Under the pieces are notes generated by a model. That model had not been told where the DNA came from, ran no database searches, and saw nothing but the letters and a program-made list of their open reading frames with translations. DNA of 55,003 bases from Methanobacteriota archaeon (GTDB lineage: Archaea > Thermoplasmatota > Poseidoniia > Poseidoniales > Thalassarchaeaceae), in the NCBI GenBank assembly GCA_002712285.1, contig PATC01000024.1, positions 1-55,003 of the forward strand, in the 5' to 3' direction. Made by a program: the position numbers and the translations under genes. Shown here piece by piece: positions 46,982-55,003 of this stretch. Position 1 is the first letter of the stretch. Every line of letters starts with the position of its first letter.

Positions 46982-48010
46982 TTATTCCTCTTCACTATCT
47001 GCAGCATCTATTCTAATCATTAGAATCGCGGATGAAAATACAAGGAAAATCACAGACGCAAGAAGTAGATGGAGGACCGAAATCCATTCAATAAATCCTG
47101 AATCTGCAGTCCATGAGAGTACGTAGGCTCCACCGAGGAGCACATTGAATCCATAGAGTCCGATTCCCAATGACATAAGTTGTTGAGTGCGTATTTCAGG
47201 TGTCCATTCTGAACGTGTAATCCATATTCTGAGTAGTATGATCCCGACAATTAGAACAAGCCATCGATGAATGAATTGCGACTGTGCGATTATATCTTGC
47301 ACTAAAATTCCGAGGCCCCCGCTACATAGTGGCCATGAGTCTGGAAATCCAGAGACGCCACAGGCAACATTTGCATTTTCTGTGGTTGAAACAAAGGCTC
47401 CCACAAAGAGTACAATTAGGGTAGATAGAGCACTGAATCGGAGATGTGCCAGTGTTCGTGGCCCAGAACCAAGATTCCAATGGTATCCATTGTCCTTTCT
47501 CCAAGATATCCAGAGTCCAATCAAGGCCAGAGTGAAAATTAGTGCGGAGGCGAGATGTAGAGCAACTGACCAATGCTCATTGTCCCATTTCACAGTGATA
47601 TAGCCAAGGAATCCCTGCCAGATTACAAGAATAAGGGAAAGTAGAGCAAGTGTATGAGTACGATTAGCGAGGCTTTCCCGTTGTGCTCGAACGATTAGAT
47701 ACTGTAGGATAACCAGTGGTCCGAGTAAAGCACCTGCAATAGCGCGATGAATCCATTCAGTGAAGATTTCGAATGTAGTATATCGATGATCGGCTCCTCG
47801 AGAATCGATTTCTTCAGGATTATTTTCCCACCATATCGCTTGCTCTTCTGGAGATACATCGAAACCCCATGTTCCGAAGCATGTGGGCCAGTCTGGACAA
47901 GATTCACCAGCATCATAGATGCGAATTATTCCGCCCACTGCTATCACTAATGCTGCGATGAGAATAAGCCCTACTGGAAGTAGATGCCATGGCCCTTTCC
48001 ATTGTGCCAT
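46982..48010 (-). CDS. ctaA: Heme A synthase (COX15/CtaA)
   Basis: CPDWPTC, EWIHR, a second C..WPLC and QFIHR, about 8 TM; adjacent to cyoE. Confidence 0.9.
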   Translation of the reverse strand: MAQWKGPWHLLPVGLILIAALVIAVGGIIRIYDAGESCPDWPTCFGTWGFDVSPEEQAIWWENNPEEIDSRGADHRYTTFEIFTEWIHRAIAGALLGPLVILQYLIVRAQRESLANRTHTLALLSLILVIWQGFLGYITVKWDNEHWSVALHLASALIFTLALIGLWISWRKDNGYHWNLGSGPRTLAHLRFSALSTLIVLFVGAFVSTTENANVACGVSGFPDSWPLCSGGLGILVQDIIAQSQFIHRWLVLIVGIILLRIWITRSEWTPEIRTQQLMSLGIGLYGFNVLLGGAYVLSWTADSGFIEWISVLHLLLASVIFLVFSSAILMIRIDAADSEEE

Positions 48011-48060
48011 GAGATGCGCACGGGTGGGGGGTATTTCAACGCCTGATGGTTCGTATGTGT

Positions 48061-49032
48061 ATGTCCCACCATTGGTGGCGTGGTGTGCTCCTTGCCGTAA
48101 TTGTGGTTCTGACCCCCGTTGTGGGTTCATCACCTGTCGAAATTACTGCATCAGTGGATTCAAACATGCCAGGGGCTGTTCTCGATGTATTGATTCTTGA
48201 TATCGAAGCCAACGCTACAAATGGTTCAGGAGATTCTCTTCGTCGTCCACCATTCCTTGTTGAATTACATACAGCAACATGGTGTCTTCCATGTCGTGCT
48301 GCGGAAGTAGAGGTTGCAGAATTAGAAGCAACATGGTCGAATGTTGCTATTCTTCGTCATCATTCATCTAATCTTGACACCCTCTCAGTGAAAGCAAGTA
48401 ATGAGACAAAGCAAGATCAAGGTATTCATGGGTATCCAAGTATCGTCGTTGAAGGGCGTTGGATTCTAAATGGCTCTAGTCAGAGTGTAGATTTCGATGA
48501 CCTCATCGCGAATATGACCTCTTCTGGACTGACGAGAAATACTACACCGACGGACAATTGGATCGATGGATGGAGTTACGGTAATGGTGTAATGGATGTG
48601 GATGTTAGAATTGGAATGGATGATGTCCAAGTCGATGTCTATCTCTTGATGAAGGGTGTGAATGGAGGTCAATTGGGAATCCTTCCCGATACTGTTGTGG
48701 CCGGAGAAACTGATGTTAACGTTAGTCAAAGCTCTACAGTGAGCCTGAATCTCAGTGGTACTTCGATTAGCATGACAGATGATCCAGGACGAATTGTACT
48801 GGTAGTGCGTAACCCTGGACCAGCAATTTTGACACCTGGTTCCGATATTTTCGTATCTGGTGATTACCAATCTGTTCCTCCTAATCCGTCTACGGGTTCA
48901 TTTGCTATGTCCAATCCATTTTTGTTCTGGCTAGCACTTGTTGGTGGTGTAGCTTTCATGTTGCCCGCATTTCAGCACACAGTACCGACATTGTTTAGCA
49001 AGCGTCAGTCCAAAATCGATGAAGAAGAGTGA
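48061..49032 (+). CDS. Extracytoplasmic thioredoxin-fold (CxxC) protein with C-terminal TM
   Basis: VELHTATWCLPC, GYPSIVVEG cis-Pro loop, signal peptide and C-terminal TM. Confidence 0.72.
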   Translation: MSHHWWRGVLLAVIVVLTPVVGSSPVEITASVDSNMPGAVLDVLILDIEANATNGSGDSLRRPPFLVELHTATWCLPCRAAEVEVAELEATWSNVAILRHHSSNLDTLSVKASNETKQDQGIHGYPSIVVEGRWILNGSSQSVDFDDLIANMTSSGLTRNTTPTDNWIDGWSYGNGVMDVDVRIGMDDVQVDVYLLMKGVNGGQLGILPDTVVAGETDVNVSQSSTVSLNLSGTSISMTDDPGRIVLVVRNPGPAILTPGSDIFVSGDYQSVPPNPSTGSFAMSNPFLFWLALVGGVAFMLPAFQHTVPTLFSKRQSKIDEEE

Positions 49033-49040
49033 GTAAATCT

Positions 49041-49292
49041 TCAGTCGTGAGGAACTACATCCATTGGCAGAAGATTGCGCTCATACTCAAGCATTGCAAT
49101 CTTCTGAGGATCAAGGACGAAGCGCGTATTGGCTTCATCTACACCGTATAGTTGGATTAGTTCATCTTTGAAGGCCTCTCGGAGGTCTTCTTCAGAGACG
49201 TGAATGGGTGCACCCATGCTAATCTGGAGTGCTCGAGCACCGATGATACGGGCCTTTTCGAAGCGCGTGTGAGATCTGATTGGCTTGACCAT
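49041..49292 (-). CDS. rpoK: DNA-directed RNA polymerase subunit Rpo6 (K)
   Basis: [21 protein letters not shown]...DPQKIAMLE. Confidence 0.95.
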   Translation of the reverse strand: MVKPIRSHTRFEKARIIGARALQISMGAPIHVSEEDLREAFKDELIQLYGVDEANTRFVLDPQKIAMLEYERNLLPMDVVPHD

Positions 49293-49359
49293 GGTTAGTC
49301 ACCTTACTGTCCGACCGACTTAGGGGGGTGAAATAAGGCCTGCGCTTGGTAAATTTTAG

Positions 49360-50550
49360 TCATTCTACCCGTTCAATTAGCATGGCAACTGCATTTCCGC
49401 CGCCTAGACAGAGCGTCACAATACCTGTGTAGCCACCTGTTCTTCGAAGGACGCCTAGCATCGTCATCAGGCAACGTGTCCCCGAAGCACCCAATGGATG
49501 TCCGAGGCTGACAGCTCCACCATGTAGGTTGAATCTCTCATTTGGGATAGGGATTTCTTTTGCAACAGCACATGAGGCTGCAGCAAAAGCTTCGTTGTGC
49601 TCGAAGACGTCTACATCTTCAACTCCAAGTCCGTTGCGTTCAAGCAATGTTTGGATTGCCGGAATAGGTGCATACATTACCCGAGCAGGTTCGACCCCAC
49701 TCGTACATTGGTCAATGATCCGTGCTAAGATGGGCCAACCGTTCTCAATAGCAAAGGCTTCGTCAGCCACAAGGACAGCTGAACCACCATCATTCAGAGT
49801 CGATGCGTTTCCAGCGGTAACAGTTCCATCTCTCTTGAAAACGGTGCGTAGTCCAGCGAGTGTTTCGAGATTTGTACCTTCTCGAATTCCTTCATCATGA
49901 ACAACATTCACTACGCTTCCATCAGATTGCGGCGCATCAACAGCTACGATTTCCCAATCGAACCACCCCTCATCTCTGGCCTTAGCAGCTAATTTTTGTG
50001 AGCGAGCTGCAAAGGTATCCATTTCGATTCTTGAGATATTACATTCTTCGGCAATCAATTCGCCAGTATTGCCCATATGTATGTCATTGTAAACATCCCA
50101 AAGCCCGTCGTAAACCATCGAATGAACCAGTGAATCTGGGTCAATTTCTGATCCTTTGTGGTGATCCCTTACCAAATGAGGGGCATTAGTCATGCTTTCC
50201 ATCCCGCCGGCAATTACAGCACGATGTTCTCCTGCACGAATTGCCGTTGCTGCAATCATTACCGCCTTTAGGCTCGATCCACAGACCTTGTTGATAGTTG
50301 CACAGGGTGTTGAGAATGGTAAGCCAGCACCAAGGGCAACTTGTCGTGCTGGATTCTGACCTGCACCCGCTTGGATGACTTGTCCCATGATCACGTCATC
50401 GATGACATTATCCATCGGATCAATGCTCAACCGTTCTAGGACTGAACGAACTGCCACAATTCCTAGATCAACAGCAGACATCTGGGCGAACAGACCACGA
50501 AATCTCCCGATAGGAGTGCGGGCGACAGCACAGATTACAGGCGTTCCCAT
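49360..50550 (-). CDS. Acetyl-CoA C-acyltransferase (thiolase)
   Basis: NKVCGSS, GGMESM, NEAF, GHPLGASG, LCLGGG. Confidence 0.95.
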   Translation of the reverse strand: MGTPVICAVARTPIGRFRGLFAQMSAVDLGIVAVRSVLERLSIDPMDNVIDDVIMGQVIQAGAGQNPARQVALGAGLPFSTPCATINKVCGSSLKAVMIAATAIRAGEHRAVIAGGMESMTNAPHLVRDHHKGSEIDPDSLVHSMVYDGLWDVYNDIHMGNTGELIAEECNISRIEMDTFAARSQKLAAKARDEGWFDWEIVAVDAPQSDGSVVNVVHDEGIREGTNLETLAGLRTVFKRDGTVTAGNASTLNDGGSAVLVADEAFAIENGWPILARIIDQCTSGVEPARVMYAPIPAIQTLLERNGLGVEDVDVFEHNEAFAAASCAVAKEIPIPNERFNLHGGAVSLGHPLGASGTRCLMTMLGVLRRTGGYTGIVTLCLGGGNAVAMLIERVE

Positions 50551-50611
50551 GGAGTGGCATCGGGTCACCCACAATGAATATCACGGGTCTAAATCAGAAT
50601 CTACAATCGCT

Positions 50612-51685
50612 CTAATCTTGTGCAAATCCATAGAATCCGGGGTCGCTAATTGGAGGGCGTAGTTCGGACTTAACTAGGATAGTTCGAACTGACCAGAGAT
50701 CAGTGAACACACGATATTTCGTAGTCGCATCGAGATAATCCACGCCGGATGAACCTCCTGTGCCAATTCTCCTCCCAATTATTCGTTCTACCATACGGGC
50801 GTGACTATGGCGCCATTTTACCATGGATTCTTCCAATTCAATCATCCGATCTATGAGGGTACGTGGCCAAGAAAGAAGGGGTAAATCTCGATTGGACTCG
50901 ATGAATAGGAGCCCCGCACGAGGTCGATCGACTTCACCATTGGGCATCAGAAAGTCTCGTGCTCCCTTTGCAACAGCCGCGAATCTTGCTTTCATTGCAT
51001 CAGAATCTCCCATGCCCCAATTAGACATGCGCTCAGCCATCTCTGAACCATGTTGTTCGAGAGCAGCGATATGCGCTTCGACGTAGTTTCGGACCACAAC
51101 CTCATCATTTTCTGAATCGGGAGTTGAACCATCGATAGGTGTGCGACCTAGCCAGTTGCGTGCAGTACTCCATAGGGAGATTTCATTCAACCTTGCCTGT
51201 AGTCGTTCTAAATCTACTCTAGCCTGTTCTGATGTTTCAGCCATCTGTATGAAGCGTTTGAGTGGGTCCATGCCTCCACTTCGATGATTCTCTTCGAGTC
51301 CAATCAGAATCTCAAGTTCCCTCATTTGAGCGGATTCAAAACCTGAGGCTGATCCTAAACCATCGCGGAAGGCGAGAAAATCCTGAGGGCTGAGAGTCTC
51401 CATTACAGACCATTGTTGAGCCATCAGTCGGAAAATCTCGGTTACACGTCCGAGACGGTGGACTACAACTGGTATTGTCTCTTCAGCGACAGAATCTGTA
51501 TCGAGAGTATCTCGAGACTCAGCGAGTTCACGGATTACTTGCTTGAACCAGAGCTCAAAAGTTTGGTGTACCACGATGAAGTGCATCTCATCGGCAGTGA
51601 CGTTTCCATCTCTCTGCAAGGAAAGCAACTCGTTCAAACTGAGGTATTCCCCGTAACTCAGACTCCGTTGTGGCCCTTCGCTCAT
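50612..51685 (-). CDS. kynA: Tryptophan 2,3-dioxygenase
   Basis: YGEYLSLNELLSLQ, FIVVHQTFELWFKQ, ASGFES, WRHSHARMVERIIG, GTGGSSGVDYL. Confidence 0.93.
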   Translation of the reverse strand: MSEGPQRSLSYGEYLSLNELLSLQRDGNVTADEMHFIVVHQTFELWFKQVIRELAESRDTLDTDSVAEETIPVVVHRLGRVTEIFRLMAQQWSVMETLSPQDFLAFRDGLGSASGFESAQMRELEILIGLEENHRSGGMDPLKRFIQMAETSEQARVDLERLQARLNEISLWSTARNWLGRTPIDGSTPDSENDEVVVRNYVEAHIAALEQHGSEMAERMSNWGMGDSDAMKARFAAVAKGARDFLMPNGEVDRPRAGLLFIESNRDLPLLSWPRTLIDRMIELEESMVKWRHSHARMVERIIGRRIGTGGSSGVDYLDATTKYRVFTDLWSVRTILVKSELRPPISDPGFYGFAQD

Positions 51686-51788
51686 ACCTTGACATCTGGT
51701 GCCCGGTATGTAATGGATTTCTGTGGTCTTCTCATAGAATTGAAATGTGTGGGTAAGCGTCAATAACCACTCACCGGTGGCGTCCCTA

Positions 51789-52901
51789 ATGGCAGGAGAC
51801 GCCCTTCACGTTGCCGAGTGGCTCTCAGCATACGATGTCTCCCAGATTACCATCGGTGTGGTCGCCTCCCATTCATCTCTGCAGATACTTCATGGTGCTC
51901 GTCAAGAGGGATTCAGAACCTTGGGTATTTGTGTTGGAGAGAAGCGCCGAAAAATGTACAGTGCTTTCCCTGGAGCGGAGCCAGATGAGTGGCTTGTGCT
52001 TGACGATTACAAGCAGATGATGGATTATGCTGAGTATTTGCGTGAACGCAATGTAATCATCATTCCTCACGGGTCCCTTGTAGAATACTTAGGTCCCAAG
52101 AATTTTCAGATTCTCTCAGTTCCAACCTTTGGAAATCGAAATATCCTCGAATGGGAAGGTAGCCGAGAACGACAGCGTCAGTGGTTAGAGTCTGGAGGAT
52201 GTACAATGCCTCGTGTGATTGAAGATCCCAAGGATATCGATGGTCCAGTTATCGTGAAGTACGCTGGGGCGAAGGGTGGCCGCGGCTACTTTATTGCTCG
52301 TGATTTCCGTGATTTTCGTCGTAACGTCGATCTTGAAGAAGAATTCACAATTCAGGAGTATGTTCTCGGCACTCGTTACTACTTCCAGTTCTTCTTCGAC
52401 CCACTTCCAGACGATGGCTATCAGGTTGAGGGTATGGGTTCCAATAAGGGCCAGAATATTGGTCGACTTGAGCTTATGAGTATTGATCGACGTGATGAAG
52501 CGAATGTTGACGAGTTCTACAAACTTGGGAGCTTACGTGATCTTCGAGACATGAATCTTGAACCATCTTTTGTCGTGACTGGAAATACTCCTGCTGTTCT
52601 TCGTGAGTCACTGCTCCCAGAAGCATTCCGTATGGGCGAAGGGGCAGTTGCAGCTAGTATGGAATTAGAAGGTGCAGAGCAGGGAATGATTGGCCCATTC
52701 TGCCTTGAGACTATCGTGACGGATAAGTTAGAATTCAGAGTTTTCGAAGTTAGCGCACGAATTGTTGCAGGAAGCAACGTTGCAGTTGGTGGTTCGCCGT
52801 ATTCAAACATCAACGAACCAGGAATTAGTACAGGACAACGTGTCGCGCGTTGTATTCGAAAAGCCATAGAGAAAGATCGCTTGTTGGAGATTCTGTCATA
52901 A
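51789..52901 (+). CDS. purP: Formate--phosphoribosylaminoimidazolecarboxamide ligase (ATP-grasp)
   Basis: ASHSSLQILHGA, IPHGSLVEY, GAKGGRGYF, VTGNTPAVLRESLL, GPFCLE, FEVSARI. Confidence 0.92.
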   Translation: MAGDALHVAEWLSAYDVSQITIGVVASHSSLQILHGARQEGFRTLGICVGEKRRKMYSAFPGAEPDEWLVLDDYKQMMDYAEYLRERNVIIIPHGSLVEYLGPKNFQILSVPTFGNRNILEWEGSRERQRQWLESGGCTMPRVIEDPKDIDGPVIVKYAGAKGGRGYFIARDFRDFRRNVDLEEEFTIQEYVLGTRYYFQFFFDPLPDDGYQVEGMGSNKGQNIGRLELMSIDRRDEANVDEFYKLGSLRDLRDMNLEPSFVVTGNTPAVLRESLLPEAFRMGEGAVAASMELEGAEQGMIGPFCLETIVTDKLEFRVFEVSARIVAGSNVAVGGSPYSNINEPGISTGQRVARCIRKAIEKDRLLEILS

Positions 52902-52941
52902 TTAGGATTTCATTATAATGAATTAACTCTTCGGATTCTTC

Positions 52942-54489
52942 ATGTCCTCGTTTTTCGAGTACTATTCCAGAGGCTTTCAACCAGAAAGCATGTTTGGATT
53001 CAGACTCCTAATATCTTGGACCTCAGGTCTTGTATTTTTGTGGATGGTAGGTCTAGCATATCTTGTTTTACGAGCGAATTCAAAGGCATTAGAAAACCGT
53101 TTCATGGCTGTTCTTTTGGTGTTTGAAGGGATAAAAGCAACTTTCATACTAACGGATGCTATACCATACGAAAGCCATTGGGAATGGCTTTGGAACTATT
53201 TGTTGTTCATCAAAATCGATCTTTTCTTTATGGCACATTTGACAACATTGTTGCTGTATTTGTGCATCCCTGTATATTACAAAATCGAGAGTTTATCATT
53301 CATGTACAATGAAAAAATCCAGAAGCATGTATGGTACATTGCCCCGATAATTGGAACGATTTTGTGGTTCGTAGTAAGCATGCATCCATTATTCGACCTC
53401 AGACAGTCTGCTTGGCTAATATGTACTGAGGCAGGGGCAACTCCATATTTGCAAGAATGGTTTGGAGGCATCCCATCCACTGGCGAGGCGGCTCTCGCAG
53501 CAATAGGGACATGTCCAGCTTATCTTAACATCCATATTTCTCAAGAGCCTGTTGGACTTTGGGGCATAGCATTACTATCTCCACTAGTGTCTATTGGTGC
53601 ACTGCTTCTTTATCGAACATCTATGAAGGAAAACCTAGATGGCGAAAATCCTGATTTCAAGACCGGTTTGACATCGAGATCATTGTACATCGGTTTCCTT
53701 GGAAAGGTATGCATGAATATGATTTACTTCTCTGTAGTTATACTGATTATTCCTATTCTCAATGGAGGCCCTGCTGGATTTGTAGACGCAAGCATGTGGC
53801 AGTGGGGCGAAAACCCTACTTCAATTACCAGATTGAAATATTACATATGGACACTAGGATTGCTATTTGTTCCTCTTGGTATGGGTTTTGAAGCTCTAAT
53901 GTTCGTACATGCATCATTGAAAGACACAGTATTTGGAATTGACAAAACGTTGCGTAAGACATTCTCAACTGCTGTATTTACTGGAATTGGTGCATTGATG
54001 TTCATCACAGGAAGCGAAGCTATGGAGAATGTGCTAGGCTTTGGTATGGCTGGTGGAGTCTTTATCGGAATAGGTCTGTTAGTTCTGAGGAAACCTATTA
54101 TCGGGGTAATCGATGGTATTTCTGGACAACTAATCCCATCAGAGTATTCAGATAACGAGAACAAATATCTGGACGCATACATCACCTCGATGCAAGACCG
54201 CATAATCACAGATGAGGAACGACGCTTACTCGTTATGCTTGCTCAATCTTACGAAATAGATGATGAACGTATCAAGTATATCGAGGAATCCTATGATGCA
54301 AGTTTAGGCATAGAGGGGGAGGCCTCACCGTTGCCTTTGTCTGATCAAACAATTATTGTCCTAGATTCGAATGAATTGTTCGTTGAAAACCAGTGGACAG
54401 ATGATTCGGGTTACACTTGGAGAAAGATGAGCGATGGCTCCATTCAGTGGTGGGATGGGGCCGAATGGAAAAAATATGGTGACGCATAG
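52942..54489 (+). CDS. Multi-TM receptor-like membrane protein with TerB-like and WW-like cytoplasmic modules
   Basis: About 9 hydrophobic helices; RAN..LENRFMAVLL; QDRIITDEERRLL; C-terminal WTDDSGYTWRKMSDGSIQWWDG. Confidence 0.75.
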   Translation: MSSFFEYYSRGFQPESMFGFRLLISWTSGLVFLWMVGLAYLVLRANSKALENRFMAVLLVFEGIKATFILTDAIPYESHWEWLWNYLLFIKIDLFFMAHLTTLLLYLCIPVYYKIESLSFMYNEKIQKHVWYIAPIIGTILWFVVSMHPLFDLRQSAWLICTEAGATPYLQEWFGGIPSTGEAALAAIGTCPAYLNIHISQEPVGLWGIALLSPLVSIGALLLYRTSMKENLDGENPDFKTGLTSRSLYIGFLGKVCMNMIYFSVVILIIPILNGGPAGFVDASMWQWGENPTSITRLKYYIWTLGLLFVPLGMGFEALMFVHASLKDTVFGIDKTLRKTFSTAVFTGIGALMFITGSEAMENVLGFGMAGGVFIGIGLLVLRKPIIGVIDGISGQLIPSEYSDNENKYLDAYITSMQDRIITDEERRLLVMLAQSYEIDDERIKYIEESYDASLGIEGEASPLPLSDQTIIVLDSNELFVENQWTDDSGYTWRKMSDGSIQWWDGAEWKKYGDA

Positions 54490-55003
54490 TGATTGAAGAT
54501 ATTATAGCCCACTATGTCAGTGTTTTTGATGCAGATAGCCTCTATGGTTACAGGCAAATAATTTCTATTTTTTCAGGAATTGTCCTCATCTGGATGTGTG
54601 GGATTAGTTTTCTAATTATAAGAGCAAATCCAAGAGGTCTCGAAAATCGATTTATGGCTGTTTTGTTGATGGTTGAGGCGCTAAAGGCTACAGTCCTTTT
54701 TTGGGACTTTTTCCCGAATGGGCCAAAATTTGAGTGGTTATGGGATTACTTGTGGTGGATGAAATACGATGTTTACATGTTTGCAATCATTACATCAGTC
54801 ATGTTATACCTTTCATTTCCCATTTACTACAAGGTGAATCGATTCCAATCCTTGTATTCAGAAGCACTCCAAAAGAGGGTTTGGTATGTAGCACCGATTC
54901 TTGGCTTACTGATTTGGACCCTGATTCGTGGTCAAGAGGGAATAGAAGTAGCAAATGGGGCTTGGATTGTATGTGAGGGAGTGAATAGTCCTCCTGTTTT
55001 GCA
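54489..55003 (+). CDS. Tandem paralog of 52942-54489, 3'-truncated (absent from the ORF track)
   Basis: GTG overlaps the upstream TAG. Manual translation MIEDIIAHYVSVFDADSLYGYRQIISIFSGIVLIWMCGISFLIIRANPRGLENRFMAVLLMVEALKAT...EWLWDYL...QKRVWYVAPILG stays open to the window end and aligns with the upstream gene. Confidence 0.85.
   Translation, partial: MIEDIIAHYVSVFDADSLYGYRQIISIFSGIVLIWMCGISFLIIRANPRGLENRFMAVLLMVEALKATVLFWDFFPNGPKFEWLWDYLWWMKYDVYMFAIITSVMLYLSFPIYYKVNRFQSLYSEALQKRVWYVAPILGLLIWTLIRGQEGIEVANGAWIVCEGVNSPPVL

Noticed and set aside
54487-54491. Amber read-through (pyrrolysine) fusing the two terminal paralogs
   Set aside because: The downstream paralog is in a different frame and has its own overlapping GTG start.

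Overview
Gene-dense archaeal chromosomal segment with about 37 CDS and one initiator tRNA-Met. RadA, Hel308, Cgi121, Rpo6 and PurP establish it as archaeal. The bacterial-type UvrC, TDO, CtaA/CyoE and the many large acidic thrombospondin-3/FG-GAP surface proteins suggest Marine Group II Thermoplasmata (Ca. Poseidoniales); that placement is inference. I found no CRISPR array, transposase, integrase or prophage. The most interesting signals are: (1) a membrane-anchored kexin/furin-like S8 protease carrying an exact pacifastin-inhibitor cysteine motif; (2) an ~18 kb cluster of type-I membrane surface proteins whose cytoplasmic tails carry PPxR repeats, acidic-Trp motifs and a WW-like module, which recurs on a tandem family of multi-TM receptor-like proteins; (3) an M29 aminopeptidase homolog lacking most metal ligands; (4) five convergent gene pairs joined by an identical zero-gap TGATTA; (5) a fixed-spacing non-canonical TATA-like box before apparently leaderless genes. 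All calls are by eye, without database searches.
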